Shown: positions 1 to 15,500, numbered from the whole stretch's first letter. The stretch is 55,156 nucleotides of DNA, filler included, from Bipalium vagum (GCA_037834085.1; 3 parts of 3 records of this genome joined end to end with filler, not necessarily neighbours in it); one strand, 5' to 3'. Numbers and translations are program-made. The notes: a model not told the origin generated them from the letters alone.

Positions 1-329
1 TTATCAATTTTATTATAAATTATTATTTAAATTATGTTTTAATATTGATGATTTAGGTATGATTTTTGAGATTCAGTGTGTAAATTTATTAATGATTTGA
101 TTAAATAACCTGAAAATAAATATAAATGGTTCGTTCAAGAAGTTTCTAGACAAGCCTAACAAGCATGTTAATTGTTCAAAGATTTGTATGTCATTTAAAA
201 CTATTCAGTTAGTTACTAAGAGAAATTGATTCTTCTGTTTATTTTATTGAAGACCGCATTTAAACATGTCTTTTTTCCCGTCGAGAACGTTTCAAAAGTT
301 GATTTTGCCTTTACTAGGCCAATCCAACC

Positions 330-1040
330 AGGATATTCTGTCAAATCTTGCAACAGCTTATAAAGATAAATGCCTTTAAAAGAGGACACCAATCTGTGTA
401 TGATGAAGAAAGAAATGGTCGTTCATCAACATCAAATAATGAGAAAAATAAAAAACAAATTGAGAAACTGATTCAGGAGAATCGACGAGAATCTAAAGAT
501 ATCAAGAGGATCTGTGGCAAGTATGTTGGAAAACCTGAGTTATAGAAAGGTCTTGTCTCTATGTGTTCCTCGCTTCCTCACGCCTGAAATACATAAGATT
601 AGGAAGGGATCATGTCACCAGCTTCTGAGCATTCACAAAATGTTTGGGAAAAATTTTATTCACAATATTATAACCACCGATGAAACTCCACTCAGTCTGC
701 ATCTTCCACAAATTAGACGTGAAGAAGATGCGTGGCCTCAGTCGGAAACCGCGAGGACTAGCTTACTAGCTACAAATAAACAATGATCCGGTTCACACAA
801 GTCGAATCGCTCAAGAAGAAATGGACAAGGAAGAATTCAAGCTCTTACTTTACCCTCCATACAGTCCTGATTTGGCCTCTTCTGATTAGTCTTTTTTGGA
901 AAATTAAAGAAATACATTTGTGAAATGATGTTTCAGTTCTCAGAAGAATTAGAAGAGACGAATCAACCTATCTTTGATGAGCTTACTATGAATATTTACC
1001 ATGACGTGTGGACAAAATCTATTGATGCAGATGGTAACTA
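330..1040 (+). mobile_element. Decayed mariner transposase fragment (irritans-like), within ST7 intron
   Basis: Frameshifted pieces FKRGHQSVYDEERNGRSST (HTH/GRP), LSYRKVLSLCVPRFLT (WVP motif), IITTDET (first D) and LLYPPYSPDLASSD at ~845-885; multiple stops. Confidence 0.8.
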
Positions 1041-1429
1041 ATTTGACAATGTTGTAATTGTAAAATAAATATTTAAAATGTCTGTTAAATATGCTAGGCC
1101 GAATTTAAAATTTGATTATTTTTCTTAAATAATTTTTTTTAATCAATAAGTTATTTCAAAAATAATTCCAAACAAAAAAACATTTTTTAAATTTCTGCGG
1201 TTATCATATTTTATCAGTCTGTAAATCATGGAAAATGAGTTTATTCGGTTTTTAAAATATCTGGTTGTAAATGTAAAATTCTAATTGTGTTATATTAATT
1301 ATTGATAAAAAAATTTTTTTGATGGTGCAATATTTTCATGTAATTTTTTGCATTTTTTTTGAGTGTATTGATTTTTGTTGTATTGATTTTACATCAATGT
1401 TTCAAATAATCGTATAAAAATAAATTTAG

Positions 1430-2240
1430 ATGACAGATGAAGAAATTTATATTTGACACTGCTTATTTTTTGAATTTAGTAAAGGATCAATCACTTCAAA
1501 AGCTTTTAAAAACATTAAAACTACTCAAAGATAATTTCGAAAATTTAAAGTGAACATATCGATATTTCTTATCGAGGAAGAAGTTCTTTAATTGACAATA
1601 GTAAAGTTTTGTTTCTTATCGTAGCCGTGCTTCAGGGGAACATCTACAGGTCTATCATTGTACTATTTACCATTCATCTTCAATAAATTAGAAAAAGTTG
1701 CATGAAATATTCACTGTTTGAGTGATAACATCAAAAAGAACAAAGTTTTAATGTTTTTTTCTTCTTCAGACTCCTGAAGAAAATTTTTAAGAAAAGATCA
1801 AAAGTGGGCAGCTTATAATAACATTGGAAGAAAAAAATGCTTAACACTAGGCCAGAATCCAATGCTAACTGTGCCAAAGCATGTCTTCATCCTAGTCGTA
1901 CGATGTTTATTTTCTTGGATCATCGTGGTATCATATTTTTTGAGTTTTTACCGCAAAACATAACTATAACAGGAAAAATCTAATGTGGTCAGTTAAAAAA
2001 GTTTGGTGTTGATATAAAAAAATGGAGACCACGACTGACAAATAATCTCATCACCATAATAACATATTATTACTCCTTCAGACCATCATTTGTCTCTTCA
2101 AAATTATCTGAGTGAAAAAGAATTGTTAAATGGAGGAAATATTAAAAACCCACTGAAGAATGTCTTTTTGAACACGAAGATGACATGATGAGTTTTCCTA
2201 TAATACGGAAAAGGTTCATTGAGGAAAACTGGGAATTACA
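1430..2240 (+). mobile_element. Highly decayed mariner transposase remnant
   Basis: MTDEEIYI*HCLFFEFSKG at 1430 and MFIFLDHRGIIFFEFLPQNITITGKI*CGQLKK..IKKWRP at ~1903-2035 resemble mariner N-terminus and W(W/D)xxGII(Y/F)xELL catalytic segment. Confidence 0.65.
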
Positions 2241-3543
2241 GTCAATTTTTATTTTTCGCTTGTAAAAAATCGTTTTTTCTATTTAATATATTTTGTATTA
2301 GGTAGATTTTGAATTTTAAAACCATATATACGAAAATAGATCAAGATGAGATAGAAAAATCTATTTATTCTTCAAGGCAATTTAAACTGATGTAATTTTT
2401 CTGTTAAATCTGGAAAAAAACTTCGAGAAAATTCACGTGTCCGGCAGAAAGTAAAAAAGATGAAACCAGTTCAAGAATATTCAGAAGACTGTAGAAAGTG
2501 CTGGCAGACAAATGTTAGTGTTTTGATGCAAAATTTAATAAAATACTTCTTTATATTTTCTTATTAAATGAACAGTTTAGTGAATATTGGAAATTTATAT
2601 TTCATTGGTAATAGAAAATCTTTTTATTGATCAATACTGAAATAGCACTTTCTTTGGGACAGTGGATATTGATCCAACTGATAACAATTTTTAATTGATT
2701 TAAATTTCTTTATCTTTATTCACAAAATCAAATAATAATTATTGAATTAATAAAATCGTCATTATTGATTTTTTATAAAACAGTTATAGTGTGACGATGT
2801 TTATTGACATCAACGAAAATGAAGTTACAACTTTAAAATGATGGTCATGTTCGCCGTCATAATGAAAATCTCCATGTCCCAGAATGATTCATCATGTCAT
2901 ATATCATCATAAATGAAATACAATATTCGATGTCAAGTGACATTTCAATTAATCCTGTCACAAAAAGAGTGACGGATCCATTTACACAAAATGAGAAAAA
3001 TTGAAGTAGCAAAAAATACGTATAAATTAACTATGCAATCAGTCCTTACTTACACACACAAATATACGCACAAATCACGTTTAGAAAGAAATTTTGAGGT
3101 GAACTTTACACATGAAATCATGTTAGAATTGTTGCAAAAGGTCGTTGTTATCAACAAAACATGATAACATTAAAATTAGGTTTATGAGAAGAATTTCTTG
3201 ACTCATACTAGTTTTAAGAATAAAAAAAATAATATTAATTAAAATAAAGATTAAAAATTAAATAAAAAAAATTAAATAAAGATAAAAATATATTATAAAT
3301 AAGGGTAATACTTAAATTAAAATAATAAAACAAACAACTAATAAAAAAATTATTATAATCGATTAAAAATAAAATTATTTTCCATTTATGATTTTTTTAA
3401 GTTTATAAATAAAATCAATAAATCAATTTTTAATTTTTTTTCATTTGTATCAACGAATTTCTTTTCATATATATTAATTAAAATAACAATGAAAAATGTT
3501 CGAATTAGAATAAAAGCAATAATGAATGTAAAAATTATAGCAC

Positions 3544-6500
3544 CTTCGGTACATGGGGATTGAATTCGACGGCTCTGTGGATCGCTTCCACCGCTACCAT
3601 TTCAGCTGTTGTTAAACCCCGTTTAAATGCAATGTCAGGTGAAAACCTAAATCGGAGGAAATAAAATAGATGGCGTCCTTTAAGTGACAACTTTACTTGT
3701 CAGCGACTTGACGTGCTTTGAGTAAAGCAGCTGTATAACAAATTGTTGCAGATTTGGGATAGTGTATGTCTACAATAAAAATTATTTCATTGCGTCATTT
3801 TATTTCAGTCACTATTTTCCAAAGAGTCCATACTTAATATGTTTAGATTTGAAAATCAATATTGAAAATTATTTTTACTGACCTTCAGAAAATAATAACA
3901 TAAAGTACAGTGAACTTTTCTTAATAATAATATACACAACATTTTATAAATCATCATTCAAGATTTCTAAAGATTCCTATATTTTCAACAAATTTTATAT
4001 TATTTTTAAAAAAAATTGATTTTATTTTAAATTTACAAAAATAAGTACAGAGAAAATTAAAATAGTTCTAACAATCTCTTTGGATAATTCAATAATATAA
4101 TTTATTTTCAAATACATAATCGGTTATCAACTCAATTAATTGAAAAATCACAATAATTAATTTAGAAACATGAAAGAGTTTTAAATAAAACAAAAAGTAC
4201 AATAGACCCTAAATGGCAATTTTCCTGAGATTAAATATCTATTTTTTGAAAGAACTTGTAAAAAGAGGTGGTATTCAAATAGAATATTCATGAAGAAATT
4301 TCATAATTACTAACAGAGGTAGATTCAAAATAACTATAATTTTGGAACTTTAATTCTCCTCTTTAAAGTTGTAATGATGATTGAAAAATCAATAAATAGA
4401 AATAGCATTGATTAATCTGTAAATGCATCGAAACAAAAAATAATTTTTTTTTGCATTTACACGTATTTCCCTATAAAAATAAGTTTTATAAATATTATTG
4501 TTATTATTATTTATTAACATTTTCATACAAAGCGCAAGATCATAAGATATCGATTGAATAAAATTATTGATTTCTAAGCCATGTACTGAAAATCTAATGA
4601 AATTAATAAATGATAAATGTGAATATCAATTAAGCTCGGTTTCATGTTCAATTAATATGACGTGGCAATTTTAACTTCCATCAATAAATCTTCTAATCCA
4701 TTTAATTTTTCCATTATTTTTAAATAAAAATAATATTTTCTAGAATAACATTGGTTTATTTGAAAAACCATAATTTTATTGTAATAATTGATCGGTAATG
4801 TAATAAATAAACAAATAATATCAAAAGTGACTTTAACTTTTATGTTAAGAAAAGATAAAATAATTATTGATTAATAGAAATCAAATTCATGATAATTTAC
4901 CATCATATTTCGCTAATAAAGCTTGAGCATCTGCATACTGTAGAGCTTCAAGATAACATTCTATAAGGTTTTCGTGGATATTGAATAAGTTGACACTGGA
5001 GTATTCTTTTATCAACTGAAATAATAGACTGACCAATAAAGACGAAATAAAATAATGATCTCACATCTTTAAATAACTTTATTGCCTCCTTCAGTTTGCC
5101 AAGTTTTCTGGCACACATTGCTAACCGACGTCTGATGAATATAAACACATTAACATCTCTTCGATATATAGCATCGTGGAGTGAACTGAGATTTTGATTC
5201 TGCTGAGATTTTCTTAATGAGCTCTCTGCTACTTTATAGGCTTGTTTAAAAGCTTTTTCGATCTACAAAATTTGAAAGTAAAGAGTTCTTTTATACATCA
5301 ATTAACAAAGTTTTTCTGTACATGTTTCTGTATCATATTCAGATATCGATTTTTCAATTTAATAATCAATGATTTCAACAAAAATATTAATCAGATGACA
5401 ATTGTCTACAAATAAACCTATAATAATGTTTTGAAAGTTCAAATATAACAGTGAATTATTATTGGAGATTAATATTTCTTAAACAATCAAAAAATTTTAA
5501 GAATAAGGTTTTTGAAAGTTATTTATTTAATTTAGTGTAATAATAATAATTAGAAGAAAAGAATAAAACCAATCTCAATAGTTATTTTACGAAAATATTA
5601 TAATTAATAATCATTTAAATTTAAGTATTATACTTCAACATTACAGGGAAACTTAATTAAAAAATTTAAATTTTTGGAGAAAGATTTCAACTGTTCGATT
5701 TTAATTGTTCACTTAAATCATATAAAAAAGTATGTATATGAAATTTTTTAAAATTAAACGGTATTTATATTTTACAAATACAAAAAATTATAAAGCAACA
5801 TCACAAAGACAACATTTTTTTATGAAACCAATTTTTACACCATTCTTAAATAAATAAATAATTATTAAATATAATATGTGAAAGAAATAAATAGTCTTAG
5901 GTAAAAGAATATTTTAGATATATTCACGATTTTTCAAATTATTTAATTGTAAAAACCCTGTTAAAACTCTTTAGTGCTATTTAGTCGTCTTCAAATTTAG
6001 GTCAGGAAATTTTCAAAAAAACTTTCAATATTATTACTTTTTTACTAGTTTAATTTTAAGATAAAAGATTCATATTATCATTATTTCTATTCAAAGTTAT
6101 TGGTTTAAAACAAAAACATTATGATTGAAATAATTGAATTATTAGAAATTAAAAAGTCCAATCAAGATCAAAGTCTATTTTATATTCACCTTGTAAAATT
6201 TAATATTTTCATAAGACGAAGAGGTTATTTAAGTATTTTTTTCGATTTTTTAAAATTTAGTTCATTTTATTTTTTTATCATGAAAAACCTGTCGCAAAAA
6301 ATATTGACCAGAAATATTTCTGGTCAATATTTTTTATAATAAAAATTGAAAATGTTTATTTATAATTTATTATTGACAAATAATAAATTGTATAAATCAA
6401 TGGTTTTCTGAATTAGAAATAATCAATTAAATTCTAAAAACGTAGTAATTTCATATCAATATCTGCTCGTGTTTATTAAAATTTATTGCAACATAAGACA

Positions 6501-9500
6501 CGTGGCTGTTTTACAAAAAGTAAATTGAATGTTAATAATTTTTTTATACGATTTACTTTAATTTAGAAATTTCTTCCAGTGTAATAACTACAAAATTGAA
6601 AGAAAAAACCAATAATAAAACCAATACAATTGCTGATGGAGAAATTTCAAATACCATTTCTGTCTTAATTACTCTGTAATTAAATAATTTAAAATATATA
6701 CCAAAAATAAAGTAACTTTAAAAACTTATAGAATTTAATACTAGAATCATTAAAACTTAGTATTTTTCAAAAATGAAGAAAATCAATCAAATAAAAATTA
6801 TATTTTATTTCAATACACCCTATTCATTTTATAAATAGTCATAGTTTTATGTTTTCTAAAAAATGAAAATAGTCAATTTTAAAAAATATAATAATCAAAA
6901 TAATGTAATAATAAAATAATAAGAATTCAATATTCATTGTAAAATTAATTATATAATGTCGATAATCATTTTCTGTTTAAATATAATCATTAGTCTCAAT
7001 TAATTGGAAGATTTTTAAACAGTTTTTAAATAAATTTCTTCCCACCTACATGATCAATATTTTACGATTAATAAAGCACAAATCTAATTATGTCTGCAAG
7101 ATCTATCTTTATAAAAAATTAAATAGTCCTTAATTGATGTTAATTGTTATTAATTGAAATAAAAATGATCATGTTACTTGTGATATCCGGACCTCGGGAT
7201 ACAGCTTCTATTATTTTTAAATCCATTAATTGAACATATTAATTTCATGTATATATAAATAAAAATTATTCCAATAACAATATCAAAAGTACTACTCAAT
7301 TTTTTAAATTTTCAACAATAAATTAGAATAAATCAATAAAACATTTTTCAGAGAAACAGTGCCGAATTAATTTTAAAATTCAACTACCTCAACTATCTCG
7401 CTACATTCTTCTTCAGCTATGAGAATCATTGCTGTGGTACATTCCGGATTTTTTACTAGTGCTTCCTTTGCCTTTTTGATCCTTTCTTCAGGATTTCGCT
7501 CTCTCCAAGCCATTTGCATCACTGGAAAAAAAGTACACTGAATAAAGATTTTCAGAATTTTTCAATCAAATTGTAATTTTAAAAAAACGTACTTAGAAAG
7601 AAGAATTGGAAAATAATTTCATTAAAAAATGTGACATTATTAGAGCGAGAATAAGACTTCACAAATTATTATTTTGCAATGGAGAAATTCTTTCCCATCA
7701 CAAGAAGGCCAATGTGTCGAAACCGTCCCAATTAACATTTAGGAAAATTGAAATATCCATTTTCGTAAGATCAGAAAATAATACAAGCAAAGTTTCGAAA
7801 ATTATCATTACCACTGTATGTAAAAGACTTTCCAAGAAAAAGAATGATTTGTTTTGCAGAAGAGAAGGAAAGTAAACGCTGAAAAAATATCATTATCTAC
7901 AGGTAAATTTGAAGTAAGTCAATTGCAACAGAAAATTCTTATCGATACTGGATAATAGAAGGTGGATTGAGATACAATTTCATATAAAAATTAAAATTAT
8001 CGTCGATAAGAATAACCGGGAACGAACAAGAAATAATCTATGAAGAAAAAAATAAAAACGGAATTTAAAGAAAAACGACTTTTAAAAAAATGAGAAAAAT
8101 ATATTTTTGACAAAAACCCCAATTTATTTTTCTCTAATTTGTGTTTTCCAAAGAATTTTATTTTATTAACTTTTAAATTAGTTTTTTAGTGAAAAATGTT
8201 CATTTATGTCGTAGCCAAACCAGTGATGTTATAACGAGAAAAATAATTCTACAATCACTTAAATATACCGTGTCCGTTAAAATTTGATGATCAATTAATC
8301 AATAATATAAACGAATTCACATTTTCAACAATTAATATGGTTTTAATTAATATTATTGTTGAATTTTTGGATTAATTTATAAGAAAAATTAGAGTATTAA
8401 GGTTTTCATCAATATTATAAATTGTTTCAGGTTGTAAATAAATGAACATTGGTAAGATAAAAGATATTTGAAGAAATTATTTGATCACCAAAAATATAAG
8501 TGAAAAAGTTGAAAAATCGATGAAAATTGTTACTATTTTGAGATTTTAAAACATTGACAAGTAAAATTATTATTACGTAAATGTTAGATATTTTGCGCTT
8601 TAGTCTATGAAATTGTAAGAATTTGATGATTTTTAAAATTATACATGGATCAAAGAGAAAACACGAATAATTACGAATCAATCTGTCCAGTTGATTGAAG
8701 ATGTGAAATACGGCTAAAAAAATTAAAACCCAAATAACATCAGAATTATAAAGTCTTTTCAACAAGTCAATGTGTATAAATTTGAATTATAAAAAATTAT
8801 GAAACAATCCACGAATATATGTTTTGTCTTCTGAAAATTTCTTGCAGACCTAATTATTCTCAAAATAATTAAAAATGATCTTTAGTTTCTTCTATTTTTT
8901 AAATTATCGTAATGTAGGCTTGAAAATATATATTAAAATATAAATGATTGCACTCAATTTGATGAAAAATTTACGCTCTGGATTTAATGGAATACCAATG
9001 AGTACCAGAATAAAGATTTGATTAAAAAATAATATTACCATTCCAAAAAGAGAAAATTATGCTAAAACATACTATTAAAAATAATCAATTTTGTCTTCAT
9101 TCAACCTAATGGTCATTTGCACAAATCCGTAAATAACTTTTAAGACACCCATGGTATAAAATATGATAATCCTTTTAATTTAGATTCTAATTTAATTTAG
9201 TATCACATTAAAATTTTGAACGAATCGGTTGAAATAAAAATTACCACGTATTTATTTTTTTAATTGAAATTTTATAATGGACAAAAGATTAATATTATTA
9301 ATCGAAAAGTTAAGATGTAAAAACACAATTCAAGAAAAATATTAATGCAACTTAATTTGTTATAAACGCCATTTAATGACGAAAATTCAATAACATAATA
9401 ATAAATAATAAAATTAATGGAAAGTAGATAGAAATTTCAAATGATTTTGTTCATCTTTAAGTAAAGAAAGTTAACTCTGGTGGTTTTATAATCAAGAGTT

Positions 9501-12500
9501 TGTGTTTGAAAATCACGATAATATAACCCCTAGTATTAACTTGATCGTTTTTTTTTATAGATTTTGGTTCTCTTGCAGCATTCACTAAATTAAGTAGATT
9601 TTCCCCATCTGAACTCTTTTAGAATTCAAAAAAATAAGATTTTTCGATAAATTGAAGCGGAAAATAAAAATTATTAAGCTTTGTATTTTGGAAAAAAAAT
9701 TGATAAATAAAAATCATAAATAAATTTTCACGTTTTTATTCACGTTTTTATTTTTAGGAAAAATCATTAAATACATCTGATCAAATTAATATTATCTTCA
9801 TTAAAAAACAGAAAAATAACAATTTTTAAGAATTTCAGAATTATTTCCATTAATAAAATTAATGCTTGTGAAAGTGATTTTAGATAAAATTTTCAAAAAT
9901 GGTAAATTAACAAAATGTGAAGATCACTTTAATTTCACTAAAGTTCAATTGAAATCAATTTATGATGGTTTTATTTATTGAATTTTGATTGAATTAAATG
10001 TAATATTAAGATCTTTCTTTTTCCGAAATACTTTATCTTTTTTATCCACATATCTGATAAAATATTTTCGATTCTTGAGACAGGTAATTGAAACAGAACT
10101 GTTACTCAGGTCAAAGAAAATCGCATAATAACAATTAGAGCAGGATTCGTATTACATTAATATAAAACTCGTTAGTGTAGACAATAAATGTTGAATTTAA
10201 AATATATCGATTTCCAGCAATATTAAAGCTTTTTAAGTCCCGAAACAATAACAATATTGATTATAAATATTTACATATTTTTGTTTACACATATATGTGC
10301 TTGATATATTTGAGAGAACTAAGAAAATTTGATTTTAAGTAAAATATTTTCAAAGCCAATATATTAAAATTGATAACATTTTCCAATGTTTCTAATTTAA
10401 AATGCCTTTTAATTTCTTGTAATCAACATTGAATTAAGTTAGACTTCTTTATAAGAATCATCTAAAGCTTCTTTTTCAACCTGTGTACTATTATCATTTC
10501 TATAAACCAGAATTCATATAGATGCTTTGACTATGCAAAAAAGTAAAATAAGGGTGTTTTATTTGGTGAACGAGTTTTCGAAATTCAGAAAAAGATGGGA
10601 GTTCATATTAACAAAGAAATTAATTGTACAACAAATAGTTTAATTCTTCCCTTTCTTTTCCACTAATCAACAATTATTTAGACACAAAGAAACCACTTTG
10701 CTCCTAATAGTGGCGGTGGTATTTTCTAAACAAAGAAAATATCGTCAAGTCCTTAGTCAATGAATCAAGTGCATATATCCAATCAATTGGACACAATCAT
10801 CAGTAAGAACATTTTCCTCCAATCGTATTTCTTATAATTTAATCAATAAAATTATTTATTAATAATAAAGATTAAATTTATAATTATTTATTATAGATTA
10901 TTTTATAAAATTATGAATTATGTCGTAAAACTCCTTATTAATAGGATAATATCAATTATATATTGGGTTGGAAATTAAGTCCGTTTGGTTTTTTAGAAGC
11001 TAGAAAAATAGAAAAATTTTTATTGATAAAAGCAATCTCAATCAATGATATGTATTCCATCTTTATCAATAACCTCCCTCCATCTTTTACACCAATTTCA
11101 TTATTCCCCTTTCGTAAAATTCCTGAGGTTTATTTTCAAAAAACCAACCAAGACGTCTTTTGGTGGACTCCTCATTGGTGAAAGTTTTCCCGTTTAAGGA
11201 ATTCTACAACGACCGAAATAAGTGGTAGTCTGTAGGAGCTAAGTCCGAGGAATATGGTGGATGTGACAAAAAATCCCACCCAAAGCTCATTAATTCTTTC
11301 CGAATGATCATTAAAGTATGAGGCCTGGCATTGTCGTGTTGGAAGACAACGCCCTTGCGATTTGCCAACCCTGGACGCTTTTCGGAAATTTCTTTGTTCA
11401 ATTTAGTTAATTGAGAGCAGTAAACATTTGAATCAACCGTTGTTCCAGATGGTAACAGTTGATAGAAGATGACAATTTTATAATCCCACCAAACTGAGAT
11501 CATTATCTTTTACGGATGTAATCCTGCTTTTGATGTTGTTCTTGGTGGCTCAGAACTGTGTCCCCATGATCTCTTACGCACTACATTATCATAAGAAATC
11601 TATTTTTCATTACCAGTAACCAAGTTGGGTGTCTTTCTTGCCGTTTTAGGAGCAAATCGCAGATTGATATTCGTGCTGTCAAATTGGCTTCGGTGAGTTT
11701 ATGTGGACGCATACAGTAATTCCAGAAACGTAATCAATTTTATGTAAATGTTTTTCAACAGATGTATGTGATATTTTGAGTCTCGTGGCTATTTCCCGAA
11801 CCTTCTGGGTTGGATTATCATCAACAATAGTTTTATATCATCTGATTCCATCTCCGTGGAGCGACCGTGGCGGGACGCCTCGTCCATGCTAACATTTCCA
11901 GAACGGAATTTTGCAAACCATTTCTGGCATACCCATTCTGTTAAGGCATCAACTCCGTATAAACGGCAAATTTTTTTATGAACATCCGTAACTCGTTTGC
12001 CTTTTTTAAAATAATATAAAGAAATGTGTCTAAAATGCACCATTTTATCTTCCATATTAGAGTTTGAATTGTTGGTTAAATAATGATATTATTTAAATAA
12101 TATTTGATTAATATATATCTTATAAAATAAAAAATTGCTTATGCATTAAAATTTTGCTACAAATTAATAAATTTTTTCGACAATAAGCAATTATTAGGTT
12201 GGTGCAAACGTAATGCAATCGACTTTGTTTATAATACTTCATTTCATTTAAAAAACCGAACGGATTTAATTGCCAACTCAATATAAATCATTTTAATAAA
12301 TCTTTACTTTTTCTGAAGCTCAATTACAAAGAGAACTTGAAACCATTAGACCATCAGTGGATTATCTATTTTCATGTTTAAAAATAACGAAATTATGAAA
12401 TTTCAATATTGACTTTCAATTATAATGATTATTTTGAAAAATATTTTAGCTTATACTTGATGTTTTATTGGAAAAATCTATGCTTAAAGTATGTATTTTG

Positions 12501-15500
12501 TTTAATAACAATATTACTTAAATTAAATTACGAGACAATGATCAAATATTTTATAATTGAACTTTCCTTGAACCAATTATTAAAAGGACAAATATGATAC
12601 TTTTTCAAAATTAATTTACTGATATTTTTATTTGACAATGCAACAATTTTGAATCATCTATTTATTTGAAGAGAATTTCTTCCATTAACCATCATTCAAA
12701 AAATCGATAAAAATGTTTGAAAATAAAATTAATTGTTCTATATTTAAAAAAATACTGAAATTATTTGTCAATTCAATATTATTAAAATCACTCGTAAAGA
12801 AAATTTCCTCTTGGCACACAATACATTCACAAAAATCAATAAACATTTATGAAAGTCAATAAATCAATTTACATTAAGTCAAAAATAAGGTCGTCTTTTG
12901 TTCTTATTTTTGTTCTCTGTTACCTCGACTTGATATAAGTAGTGGAATGGAATGGTTTTTTGATAAATTAGTATATAGATTGATAGTAAGATTTGATTAA
13001 CGTACAATTTACCAATCGAAGTTAAAAATTATACGATTTTATCTTTTACTTATTTTTCTATATTTTTATTTAGATTTTTCTATGCTTTTAAAAAAAGACC
13101 GTTTTGCAAAAATCAGACTACTGATGGCCACAACATTATTAAAAATATTTTTGTTTCAATAATGTCAGCTTAAGAAACACTTATCATCCTATTGTTTTAA
13201 TTATTATAATCAATATCACACCATAGCACCGAATAAAAGAACTGAAATAAAAAAGCCTTTAAAAAATCAAATTAGGATATTAAGTGTGTCAAAAAATATG
13301 AAAATTGATTAATTCCAAAACTACACACGAGAAATCATGTTTTATTGAAAATGAGTTATTCTTCATATTCGAAATTATTCACATTGATATTTAAGCTGCT
13401 GGAGAACTCATTTGTTGAGACTTGTAACTTTGAAACCCACTAAACTTATCAGTTTAAACAAAATAAAATTTATAGTATAAAACAAAATTGAATAAAAATC
13501 TAGTATAATTACATTTTTAAATTGCTAACCATTTCAAAGTGATTTTCGTATGCCACAAATAAGAATATCGATCGTAATTGAACCATGAAGGAGCATGAAA
13601 ACATTATAAGCATGAAACATTTTAAGATTGGAATTACTTGAAAAATTAATAACAGTGAAAATTTTAACACTTTTTTGATGACAATCAATTTGTAAATAAA
13701 GATATAGAGTTAATCAAATTTTCGGAACTTGGGTCTTTTCTCATTGGTTTTAGTTAAAAAGTTAATTTTGAAAAATCAATAAATCGGCAATTTGGGGCGA
13801 TTGACATTAATTTTTATTTGACAAAACACTTTTAAAGCCCCTTAACATTAATCATTCTATCTTAGCTTTAATTGGTCAAAATACAATTTGTAATATTTCA
13901 CTATGTCAATAAGCTTTAAGATGGGATTCAGTAGTGTCTTTTTGATTATTTTTATTAGTTTTTCTGACATATATTGAATAGAATCCAGTACAAATTAAAT
14001 ATGTGTAATGAAAATTATAACACTACTCAATTTACAAATTATTTCTGGCACAACATCCAAAGTATTGATCTGAAAAGCTTATCCTTATAGTATTGAAAAG
14101 AATTCATATATGTACCATTTTGATGATATCAATAACAATATTGTCCCCAATACTCTTAATGATTCACATAATTCTAATTTTCCTTTTCCAGATTACCTTT
14201 TAAAGGAATACTTTTTTCTTACAATTTTATTTTTTCGAAAAAAGAAACTCAGGGGCATAAGATATGATTAAGGATGACATTGCAAAAATGAACATATCTT
14301 TCGTAGTGAAAAGCTAATGATCTCTACGCTAATTTTTCTTCTTTTTTCTCATCCGTTTAAAAAAAATTAGGTATGTCTAGCCTCTCACCTGACCTTAAAA
14401 GAGCCTTTTTAAAAATCACAACATAAAATCAGTCATTACGGTTCTAGGTACTAAACAGCGAACTGTTTTGCGACCAAAAGTTAATACTGCGCCTGTTAAC
14501 CAATCAAGTAAAACAAAAATTGATCAATAAATAAAAGATTTCTTATTTGATCAAAGACCTTCGTCATTAAAATAACAAGAACTATATAAAACAAGATAAT
14601 TTTTCATTTCTCAGATTATACTAGGTGATCAGTTTAAGCTACCTTGATCAACAGATTTTTACTTAACTCACAAATAACTGTAAAAACGTTAGGTTATTTA
14701 TTCCAATACATTGAATTATAACGAAGTTTTTCTCAATGAAGTCTCTTTAAACGTTAAACGATTATTAAAATTCCATGAGGACTCGATCAATCGTTTCAAA
14801 TATCGAAAAATGTATGTATATATAATCAATAGAGAAGATGAGAGTAATACTTGATATTTTTTAATTAAGGTATTGACTTAATATATTTCCTAAGTCATAG
14901 GATAGAGACATTTTTCTCCTTGTGTCCTTTTATCTTTTGCGTAATTGATATCTGAAAGATATTAATTGTTTTATAAGATAAGAATTTTCTCAAATTACTT
15001 CACAAATAGTTTCGTTCTCTGATCGAATTCCAACTAAGAACTTAATTTTTCTTCATCAGCAAACAGGGTACAAGGTTAATTAAAGTATAAAGAAAAGCAG
15101 CATTTCAGAAAGGACTCAACAAAATGATAAAACCCTTTCAAACCCTTTTATATTAAACCAATATTGACAAAAAGACTAAGCGAAAATATAGACAGATATC
15201 AATTAAACTGACCAAGTAAATAATCAGACAAATCACTAATTGCAACAATTCAAAATTAAATAAAAATGTATTCAAACAGATTAAGAATTAATTATTGTCC
15301 AATGTATTAATTTTGTCAATATCGATTGATTAACTTTCGAACTACTTGCTCGTGATTATTTTACTGACAAAGAAATATAACTAATGAAATACTGTGATGG
15401 ACTTTGATAAAATCTAAACTATGGCGGCTAGCAGATAGTAGTTTTATTATAATTATTCTGGAAATACCATTATTGGCATTATGCACAGAAATCAAAACAC

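Noticed and set aside
7180-7212. Small GC hairpin TATCCGGACCTCGGGATA as Helitron 3' end
   Set aside because: Imperfect stem and no CTRR terminus; insufficient support.
6121-12597. Short F/I/K/N-rich ORFs (6121, 7606, 8427, 12409; likewise 19054, 26627, 32429, 42514, 47771)
   Set aside because: Composition expected from random AT-rich DNA; no motifs or splice support.
15005-15065. Minus-strand CTGATGA...GAAAC hammerhead candidate
   Set aside because: Stem II closing pair is A-C and no stem I/III or cleavage triplet can be built.
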